This document shows positions 38,898-52,570 of a stretch of 64,000 nt of DNA, piece by piece. Source of the DNA: Felis catus (Eukaryota); the NCBI RefSeq assembly GCF_018350175.1, contig NC_058373.1, positions 107,324,001 to 107,388,000 on the forward strand. The letters are read 5' to 3'. Position 1 is the first letter of the stretch; the number at the start of each line of letters is the position of its first letter. The translations under genes and the position numbers were made by a program. Under the pieces are notes generated by a model that saw nothing but the letters and a program-made list of their open reading frames with translations, was not told where the DNA came from and ran no database searches.

Positions 38898-40741
38898 TAG
38901 AATTGTTGAGTATTTTTTGAAATAATTACATAAAAGTCTTAGAGTGCCCGGTTCATTGTAAGTATAAATGGGTATAGATGTAAGTAAACACTGTAATAGG
39001 CCAGTAAATTTGGATTGCAGGTAGGGTTTGTGACTTGTTTAACTTATACCATTTATTTTTGAGTAGATATTTTACTTATAGACCCCCAAATGCCTTAAGA
39101 AACCCTTTTTTATGTTTCTATATTTCTGGATAACATTTCAGTTATACTGTGGATATATAAGAAACTGAACTATTTAGTGTCCATAGTTGGGAATACTTAG
39201 AATGAACTGATTATATATTGTGAGTTTTATATTATATTCTTTCTCATACCTTATTATGGTGAGGGAAACATATAGTTAATGCTCAAGCTATTGATGATAG
39301 AATTTATTACAGTGGTTGAATTTATTCCAGGAAACTTGTCTGCTTGTCTGATGATCTGGACATGAGCATAATAGGGAGAAATAATGAATCAGGGAGTTGT
39401 GAGTTATATCAGTTATTTTAATTGTTATAGGAACAAGTTAAAATCCGTAGGATATAAATAGTGGGAAGCTTTTGTTTTTTAATCTCAGTCTGGAGGACTT
39501 TTTAGATATGTGAAAATGTGGAAATATTCTTAGCCTGGAATGCAGAAACAATGATTTCCTGGTTGAGTTAATGTATTCAACAAACATTTTTCTGCCATGT
39601 TTTATGCACTTTATTTTGTATTGCTCTATGTCATGAGACACATTTTTCAGTCCTACAGATAGTTTTATCAAGTACCAATCAGTCTATCACAATAAGATTT
39701 TATCATGTACCTATTACATCTGTAAAGCAATCTTAGCTGTTGGTGTTGAAGATACAATAATAAAAAGAAGGAAGATGTGATTAAAGCAGTCCCTGATTAT
39801 TATTTCACTAAATCCTTACAAATATCCTGCAAGGTTGATAGTGGTATTGCCATTTATGAGGAAACATGATGACTCATAAAATAAATCACCCTAACTCATA
39901 ATTCTGCTAAGTGGAAGGGCTAAGATTTAAACTCAAGCAAGTCTGGCAGATTCCAAGTATTTTCTGCTACTCTATACCTGAATGGTCCTTGTTTTCCAGA
40001 GGTTGAGTTTTGAAGTGGGAAGAGAAAACGAACATGTATAAAGAAACTGTATGGTATTGTTTCTAAGTACAGTGAAGCTTTCTACCAAGGGACCCAAATT
40101 AAATAAATCCTTGTGGAATATGGCAAACTAGAATTGAGCCTTGAAAAAAGCAAACGTTAAGAAAGATAGAAGGGAAGAAGGAAGGCATTCCATTTTTAAA
40201 ATGTGTGTGTGGAAGCATTCTGAGCAAAAGAATGAAAGGAGTGAATTTAACAAAGTTCATTCTGCGGTTCCCAGCCAGGAATTTTCTTCTGATGAACTTG
40301 CATAGTAATTTTTAAATGCACGTCTTTTCTTTGGTCCTAAGAGGTTATGCTATGAAATTCAAATACCTAGAATTATTTTTACATGTCAGTAAGAGCTCTT
40401 TACTAATAATCAGTTGAATAAGTTAAAGGTTACTAAAATTGATATTTGGAAATGCTGAAATAAATCCATTTTTTGTTTGCTTAGGACTATGATACAGTAT
40501 TTTCCTGAGAAGTTTAGCTGCCACAAATATTTGGTAGTCTTACAAGGCCACATCTGCACATGTGCATGACCAAATAATTCCTGCACTGTTTGTCAATGTG
40601 ATACTTTAAATTTTTAGTTAAGCAGATTTATTTTCCTTTGTAATTTTATCGCTGCATGAATGGTATTGTCCTGAGCTAATTGTAGCGTTCATCTTACTTT
40701 TCATCTAATAATATTTGTAGGAACATTATTATTAGAACTAT

Positions 40742-40937
40742 AAATGTTTATTCATTTTTGGGAGAGACACAGCATGAGCGGGGGAGGGGCAGAGAGAGAA
40801 GGAGACACAGAATCCGAAGCAGGCTCCAGGCTCTGAGCTGTCAGCACAGAGCCTGATGTGGGGCTCGAACTCACGAATCGTGAGATCATGACCTGAGCCG
40901 AAGTCAGACGCTTAACCAACTGCCACCCAGGCACCCC
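40742..40937 (-). mobile_element. Felid SINE
   Basis: TSD agaactata. Confidence 0.92.
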
Positions 40938-40950
40938 AAGAACTATAGTA

Positions 40951-41959
40951 GAAAAGGAAATAATCAACAAAATTAAAAGGCAACGAATGAAATGGGAAAA
41001 GATATTTTCAAATGATATATCAGACAAAGGGCTAGTACGCGAAATCTATAAAGAACTCACCAAACTCCACAGCCGAAAAACAAATAATCCAGTGAAGAAA
41101 TGGGCAGAAAACATGAATAGACACTTCTCTAAAGAAGACATCCAGATGGCCAACAGGCACATGATAAGATGCTCAATGTCACTCCTCATCAGGGAAGTAC
41201 AAATCAAAACCACACTGACATACCACCTTACACCAGTCAGACTGGCTAAAATGAGCAAATCAGAAGACTGTAGATGCTGGAGAGGATGTGGAGAAACGGG
41301 AACCCTCTTGCACTGTTGGTGGGAATGCAAATTGGTGCAGCCACTCTGGCAAACAGTGTGGAGGTTCCTTAAAAAATTACAAATAGATCTACCCTATGAC
41401 CCAGCAATAGCACTGCTAGGAATTTACTCAAGGGATACAGGAGTGCTGATGTATAGGGGCACTTGTACCCCAATGATTATAGCAGCACTTTCGACAATAG
41501 CCAAATTATGGAAAGAGCCTAAATGTCCATCAACTGATGAATGGATAAAGAAGTTGTGGTTTATATACACAATGGAATACTACTTGGCAATGAGAAAGAA
41601 TGAAATATGGCCCTTTGTAGCAACATGGATGGAACTGGAGAGTGTTATGCTAAGTGAAATAAGTCATATAGAGAAAGACAGATACCATATGTTTTTACTT
41701 TTCGTGGATCCTGAGAAACTTAACAGAAGACCATGGGGGAGGGGAAGGAAAAAAAAAAGTTAGGGAGGGAACTAAACCATAAGGGACTCTTTTTTTTTTT
41801 TTCATAAGAGACTCTTAAAAACTGAGAATAAACTGAGGATTGATGGGAGGGTGGGAAGGAGGAGAGGATTGGTGACGGGCATTGAGGAGGGTACCTGTTG
41901 GGATGAGCACTGGGTGTTGTATGGAAACCAATTTGACAATAAATTTCATATTAAAAAAA
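40951..41959 (+). mobile_element. 5'-truncated felid L1, sense, same subfamily as 25137-26090 but more diverged
   Basis: ORF 40987..41763 encodes the ORF2 C-terminus with a frameshift near the stop; gacaataaatttcata end. Confidence 0.94.
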
Positions 41960-42610
41960 TACTATTAGGTTTTTCTTTTGTTGATCATTTTGTGTTAGGT
42001 TATTCCTATGTAATTTTACTTGCTATTTTGTTCATCAATTTATTTCTGTCACAGACTCTTTTTAGGTTAGAATATAATTTGCCACACCTCCTGGGTGTTT
42101 GAAAACCAGGGGTTATGAAAACCAGGGGTTCATTTATTTTTGGATAATCTCTTAACTTTGTTAATATACATAATTGATGGATAACTTATAATACACTCTC
42201 ATTCTGTCAGTTCCCTTTTTCTTGTTAACATTTTTCTGCACTAGAAGCCTGTCTCATCTTTTGCTGAGAATGCTTCTGCACCTCCTCCAGCCCTCCAATG
42301 GGGAATGGTAGAGTAGAGCTAAGAACTTACACTGCTTTCTTTTGTTCCTCTTCATCAGAGCTTTTCCCAGATGCTGCCATGGCAGCTTTGCAACTTCTAC
42401 CCAGCCCCTCTGTTGGTTTCAGGGTGATTTAGGATTCATAACTCCTAGAAGCTTGAGCTTAGAGGGGTTAGGTATTTTTAGGAGGACAAAGGGCTTTTCA
42501 ACTGTATCGTAATTTAAATAAAATTTTGTGGCCTAGTAAAGCATCATAACATAGCTAGACTTACTAGCAACCATATGAAAGACCATTTCTTTAGAAGTTG
42601 GGAAATTCCT

Positions 42611-42814
42611 GGGGCACCTGAGTGGCTCAGTTGGTTGAGTGTCTGACTTTAGCTCAGGTCGTGATCTCACAGTTGGTGGATTTGAGTCCCACATCGGGCT
42701 CTGTGCTGATAGCTCAGTCTGGAGCCTGCTTTGGATTCTGTGTCTCCCTCTTTCTGCCCTTCCCCCACTCACACTCTCTCAAAAGTGAAGTAAATGTTAA
42801 AAAAAAAAAAAAAA
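42611..42814 (+). mobile_element. Felid SINE
   Basis: TSD aagtt(g/a)ggaaattcct. Confidence 0.92.
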
Positions 42815-43217
42815 GTTAGGAAATTCCTGTAGGATTTCTAGTGCTTTTCCCTCTTTCATTCCTGATACTGGTAATTTATATCTTCTCACTTCATTTCCCT
42901 AATCATTCCTTTTTTTAAAAAAATTTTTTTAAAGATTTTATTTTTAAGTAATCTCTACAGTGACCATGGGCCTTGAACTTACAATCCAAAGATCAAGAGT
43001 TGTGTATGCTCCACCAACTGAGCCAGCCAGGTGCCCCTTCTCTGATCATTCTGACTAGAGGTTTATCAATTTTCTTGATCTGGTCAGCAAACCAGTTTTT
43101 TACTTTATTGATTTATTTTTCTGTTGTTTTCCTATTTTCCACTCCAGTTATATTTACTCCTTGTAATTTGTTTCATTCTCCTTAATTGGGGTATAATTTG
43201 TTCTACTTTTCTAGTTT

Positions 43218-43414
43218 TTATTTTTTTTTTAATTTAAGTTTATTTATTTATTTTGAGAGAGAGAGAGAGAGCGCGTGAGCACATGCAGGGAAAGGGCAGA
43301 GAGAGAATCCCAAGCAGGCTCTGCTCTGTCAATGCGGGACTTGACAAACTGAGATCATGACCTGAGCTGAAATCAAGAGTCGGACACTTAACCGACTGAG
43401 CCACCCAGGTGCCC
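43218..43414 (-). mobile_element. Carnivore SINE
   Basis: TSD ctactttt(t)ct. Confidence 0.9.
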
Positions 43415-43534
43415 TACTTTTCTGGTTTCTGAAAGTAGAAACTTAGATAATTGATTTGAGACTTTCCGATTTTTTGACATTTAATGGTATAAATGTTCTT
43501 TTAGCATTGCATCACACACTTTTGACATGTTATC

Positions 43535-43970
43535 TTGACAGTTTGAGTCCTCTGAGGCAGTTACAAAGATGGGTTTAAATGTACAAGAAATGTGTTAGGG
43601 AAAATACCTGTGAGAGAAAATGAGGCAGCTGTAAGAGACTGAGAGAATCATCAGATGGTTTTGTGGGTTTGACCCAAGTGAAAAAAGAAAACCTGTTGGG
43701 TAGAATTGTCTCAGATTACCGTATATTTCTAAGGAAAGTTTGGCAAGGCAAGTTGGGAGTTCTGAGATTTCTGGCAGAGGAGGCTTGCATCTCCTAACTA
43801 TGGAACTGCCTTGGTATTCCTGCCTCACTCAGTCATTGGCTAGAGGCCCATGGAAATCAAGGCCTTAGTGCAAGTGTGGAACTGGATTTCAGAGTGCAAC
43901 AGCTGGGACTCTTCCTCCATTTTGCTTCTGCAGTTGGGAGATGAGAGGTGCATGCATGTGGCCATCACAG
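43535..43970. mobile_element. Probable ancient MaLR (MLT1-like) LTR
   Basis: gagtcctctgaggcag...tacaagaaatgtgttagggaaaatacctgtgagagaaaatgagg resembles old MLT1 LTRs. Confidence 0.45.
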
Positions 43971-44062
43971 TTGTGTTTTCATTTTCATTTAGTTCGAATC
44001 ATTGTGTGACTTTTTGTTTTTAACTTCTTGCTTGACCCATGGGTTATTTAGAAATGTGTTGT

Positions 44063-44432
44063 GGGGGGCGCCTGGGTGGCGCAGTCGGTTAAGCGTCCGA
44101 CTTCAGCCAGGTCACGATCTCGTGGTCCGTGAGTTCGAGCCCCGCGTCAGGCTCTGGGCTGATGGCTCAGAGCCTGGAGCCTGTTTCCGATTCTGTGTCT
44201 CCCTCTCTCTCTGCCCCTCCCCCGTTCATGCTCTGTCTCTCTCTCTGTCCCAAAAATAAATAAACGTTGAAAAAAAAAAAAAAAAAAGAAATGTGTTGTG
44301 GGACACCTGGGTGGCTCAGTCGGTTATTAAGCGTCCGACTTCAGCTCAGGTCATGATCTTGTGGTTCGTGGGTTCAAGCCCCGCATCAGGCTCTGTGCTG
44401 ACAGCTCAGAGCCTGGAGCCTGCTTCAGATTC

Positions 44433-44491
<59 letters not shown>

Positions 44492-44578
44492 GTCTCTCTC
44501 TGTCTCTCTGTCTCTCTCTGCCCCTCCCCTGCTCTCTCTCTCTCTCGAAAATGAATAAACATTAAAAAAAATTTTTTT
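44063..44578 (+). mobile_element. Two head-to-tail sense SINEs (young 44063-44286; older 44300-44578)
   Basis: The target aaatgtgttgt is present three times. Confidence 0.94.
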
Positions 44579-45067
44579 AAATGTGTTGTTTAATTTCAAA
44601 TATTTCCAGGTTTTCTAAATACTTTTTTTTTTTTGCTATTGATTTGTAGTTTAATACCCTTGTAGTGAGAGAACATGCTTGGTGTGATTTTAGACATCTT
44701 TGACGCATTGAGACTTTTTCTGTAGCCCAGAGTATGGTCTATCTTGGTGAAGTTTTTTGTGCACTTGGAATGATTTGTATTATGGTCTTTGGCAGATCAT
44801 TCTGTAAATGTCAGTCAGGTGAAGTTAATTGATATTGTTAAATCTTGTTTCCTGATTGATTTTTTTCCCCTTTTCTTACTGAGAGAGCAGTGTTGAAATA
44901 TCCCAGTATAATTGTGTATTTTAGAAAAATCAATTTTGCATTATATATGTTTAAGCTCTGTTTTTTGTGGCATAGACACATAGGGTGGTTATGTCCTTTT
45001 GATACTTTCACATCTTTATTGTTATGAAATATCCCTTTATTCCTGGTAATATTTGTTCTAACTACTA

Positions 45068-45293
45068 TTTTTTCTTTTCTTTTTTTTTAAGTTTATTTAT
45101 TTTTAAGAGAGAGAGAGACAGCACTCGAGTTTGTGCATGAGCTGGGGAGGGGCAGAGAAAGAGGGAGAGAGAGAATCCCAAGTGGGCTCAGGGTAGATCC
45201 CGATGCAGGGCTCCATGGACCAGACTGTAAAGTCATGACCTGAGCCAAGATCAAGAGGCGGAGACTTAACCGACTGGGCCACCCAGGCACCCC
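45068..45293 (-). mobile_element. Carnivore SINE
   Basis: Reverse-complement body; TSD taactac(t/c)a. Confidence 0.9.
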
Positions 45294-45759
45294 AGTAACT
45301 ACCACTTTTTCTGATGTTAATATAGCCACTCTAGCTTTTTTGATTGGTGTTTTCATGGTATGAGTTGCTTTCTTAATGTGTACAGTTGGATCTTGGTTTT
45401 TAATTAAAACTGACAGTCTCCCTTTGCTTGTTGTGTTAAGGTAATTATTGATATGGTTGGTTTGCTTTAAATTTACCTTCATCAAATTTGGAAAAATTTT
45501 GGTGATTATTTCTTTGTGTATTTTTATTTTCCTCCCACCCGGAATTTCAATTACATGTAAGTTATATTGCTTGATATTGTTAGTTCATCAGTGCTTTGCT
45601 GATTATTTTTCTAGTCTTATTTCTTTGTGCTTTAGTTAGCTACTGTTGCTCTGTGCCTTCAAGCGTTCAAGCTATGCCTTCACTGATTTTTACCTTGCTG
45701 GTGCCTAACCTATTTATTCTGCTTGTTATATTTTTCATTTCAGGTAGTATATGTGTTAT

Positions 45760-45816
45760 TTATTTTTTATTTACTTATTTTTTAAAGTTTATTTATTTAC
45801 TTTGAGGGAGGCGTTG

Positions 45817-45859
<43 letters not shown>

Positions 45860-45990
45860 AATCCCAAGCAGTTTCCTTACTGTCACTGGTGTGGAGCCAG
45901 ATGTGAGGCTCAAACTTACAAACTATGAGATCATGACCTAAGACAAAATCGAGAGTTGAATGCTTCACTGACTGAGCCACCCAGGTGTTC
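45760..45990 (-). mobile_element. Carnivore SINE
   Basis: TSD aggtagtat(a)tgtgtt. Confidence 0.9.
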
Positions 45991-46596
45991 TTTAGGTAGT
46001 ATGTGTTTTAAATCTCTATATATGTCATTTGAATCTTTTGTCTTCCATTTCTCTCATCATGCTTATGTTTTTCTCTACTTTCTTAAACATGTGGAGCATA
46101 TTTATAATAGTTATTTTAATGTCATTGTCTGCTAATTCATTATCTGTTATTTCTGTGTCTGCTTCTATTGACTATTTTCTCCGAGTATGGGTCATATATT
46201 TTTGCCTTGTTTTTGAATACCTAGTAGTTTATAGTATCCCATTAAATATTTTCAGACTTTGGGGTTGTAGCTAAATTACTTATAATCTATTAGATCCTTG
46301 CAAGGATTATTTTCAAGCATTGGGAGGGCATAGAAGACTTCAATATTAGGCTAATTTAGCTCCACTTTCAAGTTAATTTACCATTTTGAGGACTATAGTT
46401 GATGCTTCATGTATTGAGGTCTTTTTACCTTATTTATTGAGAATATGAACTGTTCTGATAACTGTGAGCTTTGGAAATTGTTTGACCTGTTGGGTTCCAG
46501 GTTATTTTCTTGGCCTTGAGAAGTTTATACTCTGTCATGATCATATTAATACCCAGGCATAAATTAAGGATATCACTTTGTAGATTTCTAGAGGAG

Positions 46597-46792
46597 CAGT
46601 GGCCAAATTACAACACTCAGGCCACGTTTCACCTACCACCTGTTACTCTAACTAAAGTTTTATTGGAATTTATGTACTGTCTTTGTTTGCTTTCATGTTT
46701 TAATGAGTTGAGTAGTTATCACAGAAGTAATATGGCTTGCAAAGCCTTAAATATTTATGTGCCCTTTACAGAAAACATTTGCTGACTCCTGC
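46597..46792. mobile_element. MER58-like hAT-Charlie non-autonomous DNA transposon remnant
   Basis: taaagttttattggaa...gagttgagtagtt...gcaaagccttaaatattta...ccctttacagaaaacatttgctgactcctg. Confidence 0.75.
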
Positions 46793-47761
46793 TTTAGATT
46801 TTCTCTCTGTGTAGCATTTTCCTCTCTAGTCACCTCCCCTGGAAATTATAGCCACCGTGCCAGCCTCGAAGTCTGATCTCAGTCTGCTTGATTCCCCCGT
46901 TTTACTTGGGTTCCCTTCCAGATATCATGGCTTCCAAGGGGTCTCCATGCAGTAAGCTGGGAGAATAGAGGGCTCACCTCATTTGCTTCCCTTTCCTTGG
47001 AGATCATAGTCCTGTACTGTCTAATCGTCAGTTTATAAAACCATTGATTCTTATGTTTTTTTCAGTTTTCTAGTTGCTTAAGGTGGGGAATGGGCGAACC
47101 ATTACTTATTATAAAACGGTCAGATGCAAGGAAAGCAGAATAATATTTTGAGATTCATTCATGTTATTTTGTATATCAAGAATTAGTTATTTTTTATTGC
47201 TATGTAGTGTTCTATTTGAATATATCAGTTTAGCAATTCTTTTATTGATGAATATCTGAGTTGTTTGTAGGTTTTGATATTAACAAAGCCGCTATGAACT
47301 TTCTTGTGTAAGTTATTTTATGAACCCATCTTTCAATTTCTCTTTGGTCAATATATGAGTGAAATTGCTTGTTTGTGGGGTTATTTGTTAATTTTAGGAG
47401 AAAGTGTCAATCCTTTTCCTGATAGTATTTACATAGTTTTATACTGCCACCTATAATATGAGAGTTTGAATTGTTCCACTTTTAGCCATCTTTTAGTGCT
47501 ATGAGTGTTTTTAATTTTAGCTATTTTGGTGGGTGTTTAATGGCACCTTGTCATAACTTTAATTTGTTTTTGAGGATTTTTTATTTGTTTGCCTTTTTAT
47601 ATCTCCTTTTATGATGTCTCTTCATATCTTTTGTCCATTTAAATAATTGGGGTGTTTGTCATTTTATTATTGATTTGTAAAAGGCTTTAAAATATGTTGC
47701 ATACAAGTCTTTTGTCAGATATCTAACACATTTCTCCCAGTCTGTAGCTCACTTTTTCATT

Positions 47762-48250
47762 TTCTTTTTAATTTTTTTTAACATTTATTTATTTATTTTT
47801 TTCTTTTTTTTTCTTTCTTTATTTTTTTTTTTTAATTTTTTTTTTCAACGTTTATTTATTTTTGGGACAGAGAGAGACAGAGCATGAACAGGGGAGGGGC
47901 AGAGAGAGAGAGGGAGACACAGAATCGGAAACAGGCTCCAGGCTCTGAGCCATCAGCCCAGAGCCCGACGCGGGGCTCGAACCCACGGACCGCGAGATCG
48001 TGACCTGGCTGAAGTCGGACGCTCAACCGACTGCGCCACCCAGGCGCCCCAACATTTATTTATTTTTGAGAGAGGGAGAGAGAGTGTGAGCATGGGAGGG
48101 GCAGAGAGAGAGGGAGACACAGAATCCAAAGCAGGCTCCAAGCTCTGAGCTGTCAGCACAGAGCCTAATGTGGGGCTCGAACTCATGAACTGTGAGATCA
48201 TGACCTGAGCTGAAGTTGGATGCTTAACTGACTGAGCCACCCAGGCACCC
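47762..48250 (-). mobile_element. Antisense SINE with a young SINE (47795-48050) nested in its tail
   Basis: Inner TSD aacatttatttattt; outer TSD actttttcattttct. Confidence 0.93.
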
Positions 48251-48680
48251 CACTTTTTCATTTTCTTAATGGTATCTTTGATGAGCTGAAGTTTTTATTT
48301 TTAATGAAGTGTAATTTATGGAATTTTTTTCTTTTAAGGTTATTTCTTTTTGTATCTTATATAAGAAACCTTTTACTGCCCTAAAGTCACAAAGATATTC
48401 TCTCTTTTAAAAGCTTTAGAGTTTTTCCTTTTACAGATAGGTCCTTGATCCATCTTGGATTAATTTTTGTGTATGGTGTGAAGTAAGTGTTGAGGTTCAT
48501 TTATTGCATATGGTCATCCTCTCATTCTAACACTATTTGCTTAAAAGACTTTCCTTTCTCTATTGAATTGCTTTACACACATTTGGTGCCTTTGTTTATA
48601 ATTAATTGTTTGTAAGTAGGGTCTATTTGTGTTCATTCTATTTGGTTCTCACAACTCCTATCTTGGTTACTGTAGCTTAA

Positions 48681-48885
48681 ATTTTGTTTAATTAAATTAG
48701 TTTATTTATTTTTATTTTTTGGGAGGGGGGTGCACCAGGAGACGGAGAAAGAATCTTAAGCAGGTTCCACGCCCACCATAGGGCCCTATACAGGGCACAG
48801 AGCTCAATGTTACACCCATGAGATCTTGACCTGAGCAGAAGTCAAGAATTGGACGCTTAACTGACTGAGCCACCCAGGCATCCCC
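48681..48885 (-). mobile_element. Carnivore SINE
   Basis: 19-nt TSD cttggttactgtagcttaa. Confidence 0.9.
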
Positions 48886-50086
48886 TTGGTTACTGTAGCT
48901 TAATAGCAATTCTTGAAGTCAGATAATGTAAGTCTTCTAGCTTTGTTCTTTTTCCAGATTGCTTTCTGTAGATTCAGAATTTTAGGATCAATTTGTTAAT
49001 TTTTACAAAAAGGCTTGGCCATATTATGATTGGGATTTTGTTGGTTCTGTAGGTCAATTTGGGGAGAATTGAGATCTTAATAATATTGAGGCTTGCAGTC
49101 TATGAATTTGGTGTATCTTTTTATTTATTGAGAGCCTCATGAATTTATCTCAGCAGTAATGTTTGGTTTTTAGTAGTTGACATTGCACTTACTGTCAAAT
49201 TTGTTCCTTTTATATTTTATATTTTTGGATACTGTTTTTGAGGAGATAGTTATTTCAGATTTCATTTTCCTATTGCTTACTCCTAGTGTGCACTTTTTAT
49301 ACTGATCTTGTATCTTGTGCACATTTTACTTATTTTTAGTAGGTGCTTTTAGGTATTTTTAGGCAGTCGTCATCTGCATGTAGAGACTGTATTACTTCTT
49401 CCTTTCTGCCTTTTACTTCCTTTTCTTGCCATATTGCACTACCTTGTTCCCCACCCGGTGGAGGGAATCATTTAATCTATCAGTATTATAGATTATATTA
49501 GCTGTAGAATTAGCTGTAGTGCACCGAAATTTTAAAAAGTTATGAGTGGGTGTTGAATTTTGTCAAATGCTTTTTATGACATCTTTTGAAGAGTTTTCTT
49601 CTTTATATTGTTAATGTGGTGAGGTAAAAAATTGATTCATTTTCAAAGTTAAATTACTTCATGCTTGTGATAAATTCTGTATGGTTATGATTTGTATTCA
49701 GTTTGTATTCAATTTGCTATTCAGTTTGCTATTATTTTTATTAAGGATTTTTGTGTCTGTATTCAGGAGGGTATTAGTTGACTGTTTTCTTTGCCTTTAG
49801 ATGTCTTTGTCTGTGGTATCAGGGTAATACCATTATTATACTGATAATGTTTTTACCAGTAATCTCTACAATGGTTTTGTCAGGGTGTTTGGCCTCATTT
49901 TGAAGTGGGGTCTCTTACTCTGTATTTTGAAAGAATTTATATGAAATTGGCATTATTTCTTCTTGAATGTTTCAAATTCACTATTGAAATCATCAGGGAC
50001 TTTTAATTTTGTTCATATGTAGATTATTGGTAAATTTGATTTTTATGTGACTCTGAAGAGAAACCAGAATATAATGGTAAATTTAC

Positions 50087-50301
50087 TTTTTTTTTTTTCA
50101 ACATTTATTTATTTTTGGGACAGAGAGAGACAGAGCATGAACGGGGGAGGGGCAGAGAGAGAGGGAGACACAGAATCAGAAACAGGCTCCAGGCTCTGAG
50201 CCATCAGCCCAGAGCCCGACGCGGGGCTCAAACTCACGGACCGCGAGATCGTGACCTGGCTGAAGTCGGACGTTTAACCGACTGCGCCACCCAGGCGCCC
50301 C
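50087..50301 (-). mobile_element. Young felid SINE
   Basis: TSD taaatttactttt. Confidence 0.95.
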
Positions 50302-51060
50302 TAAATTTACTTTTTAAAAAGATACAAGCTATTTGAATTTTCTGGGTTTTTTTTGTAAATTTCATTTTTTTCAAGGAATTTGACCATACATATCCAAGTT
50401 ACATCATATTTATTGACATCAAGCTGTTTATAATAATCCCTCAAAATTCTTTTAATGCCTGTAAGTTATAGCAGTAATCCTTTAAAAATTCCTAGTATTC
50501 TAACTTGTATTTTGATCAGTCTAGCTAGAGGTTGTTGATTTAGTCAGTGAGCCATTTTTTTTCTTAAACAGGATTATTGAAGTATAATTTACATACAACA
50601 AAATTCACCTGTATTAAGTGTACATTTTAATGAATTTTAGGGATATTAAAGAGATGTGCAGCCACAAACCAGTTTTAGAGTATTTCATCACTCCAGAAAT
50701 ATTTCTGTGACAGTTTGCATGGAATTCTTGCTCCCACTCCCAGCCCCAGGAAACCACTCATCTGCTTTCTGTCTCTATAAAGTTGCCTTTTTTGTACCTT
50801 TTCTGTAAATGGAATTATACAATATATAGTCTTTTGAGTCTAGCTTCCTTACCTTAGCATAATGTTTTTATGCTAAGCACATGGATTTTTATGTTAGCAC
50901 ATGACTTTGTCTGGCTTTAGAATCATGGCAATATTGACCCCATAGACTGAGTTGGAAAATATTCTCTTCTGTGTTTTCTGGAAGAATTTGTAAAGGATTG
51001 GTATTATTTTTTTGTTAAATGTTTGATGGATTTCACCAGTAAAGCCATCTGACTTTGGCT

Positions 51061-51193
51061 GGTCGGCCGGCCGGCCTGCCTGCCTGCCTGCCTGCCTTCC
51101 TTCCTTCCTTCCTTCCTTCCTTCCTTCCTTCCTTCCTTCCTCTTTTTCTCTCTTGTTCCTTCTTTTTCTCTCTCTTCTTTTTTCCTTCTTTCC

Positions 51194-51228
<35 letters not shown>

Positions 51229-51450
51229 CTTTCTTTCTTTCTTTCTTTCTTCCTTTCTTCCTTTCTTCCTTTCTTCCTTTCTTCCTTTCTTCCTTTCTTC
51301 CTTTCTTCCTTTCTTCCTTTCTTCCTTTCTTCCTTTCTTCCTTTCTTCCTTTCTTCCTTTCTTCCTTTCTTCCTTTCTTCCTTTCTTCCTTTCTTCCTTT
51401 CTTCCTTTCTTCCTTTCTTCCTTTCTTCCTTTTCTTCCTTTTCTTTCTTT

Positions 51451-51504
<54 letters not shown>

Positions 51505-51603
51505 TTCCTTCCTTCCTTCCTTCCTTCCTTCCTTCCTTCCTTCCTTCCTTCCTTCCTTCCTTCCTTCCTTCCTTCCTTCCTTCCTTCCTTCCTTCCTTCC
51601 TTC

Positions 51604-51655
<52 letters not shown>

Positions 51656-51660
51656 TTTTT
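51061..51660. repeat. ~600-nt compound polypyrimidine microsatellite (GGCC, CCTG, CCTT, CTTT, CTTCCTTT)
   Basis: Read directly; lies inside the TSDs of the adjacent L1. Confidence 0.97.
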
Positions 51661-52001
51661 GTCCAAGTTAGTTAGCATCTAGTGCAACAGTGATTTCAGG
51701 AGTAGATTCCTTAATGCCCTTTTGCCATTAGCCCATCCCCCCTCCTACATCCCCTCCAGCAACCCTCTGTTTGTTCTCTGTATTTAAGAGTCTTTTATGT
51801 TTTGTCCCCCTCCCTGTTTTTATATTATTTTTGCTTCCCTCTTATGTTCATGTTTTGTATCCTAAAGCCCTCATATGAGTGAAGTCATATGATATTTGTC
51901 TTTCTCTGACTCACTAATTTTGCTTAGCATAATACCCTCTAGTTCCATCCATGTAGTTGCAAATGGCAAGTTTCATTCTTTTTGATTGCTGAGTAATACT
52001 C

Positions 52002-52048
<47 letters not shown>

Positions 52049-52570
52049 CCACATCTTCTTTATTTATTCATCCATTGGTGGACATTTGGGGTCTTTCCAT
52101 ACTTTGGCTATTGTGGATAGTGCTACTATAAACATTGGGGTGTGCCCCTTTGAAACAGCACACCTGTATCCCTTGAATAAATACCTAGTAGTGCAGTTGC
52201 TGGGTCGTAGAATAGTTCTATTTTTAAATTTTTGAAGAATCTTCATACTGTTTTCCAGAGTGGCTGCACCAGTTTGCGTTCCCATCAGCAGTGCAAAAGA
52301 GAGCGTCTTTCTCCGCCTCTTCACCAACATCTGTTGTTGCTTGAGTTGTTAATGTGAGCCATTCTGACATGTGTGAGGTGGTATCTCATTGTGGTTTTGA
52401 TTTGTATTTCCCTGATGATGAGTGATGTTGAGCATGTTTTCATGTGTGGATTTGTCATCTGGATGTCTTCTTTGTAGAAGTGTCTATTCGTGTCTTTTGC
52501 CCATTTCTTCACTGGATTATTTGTTTTTTGGGTGTGGAGTTTGATAAGTTCTCTATAGATTTTGGGTACG
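51061..52570 (-). mobile_element. 5'-truncated felid L1 (body 51661-52570), with (TG)n at 52004-52026 region
   Basis: ORF2 C-terminal ORF 52321..52701; TSD atctgactttggct at 51047-51060 and 52571-52584. Confidence 0.94.

Noticed and set aside
51004..51678. Long ORFs of 172-224 aa (K/E/R/G-rich or F/L/S/P-rich)
   Set aside because: They are translations of a stop-free microsatellite, not genes.
25137..52570. Similar truncation points of three ~0.9-1 kb L1s (25137, 40951, 52570)
   Set aside because: The breakpoints differ by tens of nt and involve two subfamilies; ~1 kb is a typical truncated length.
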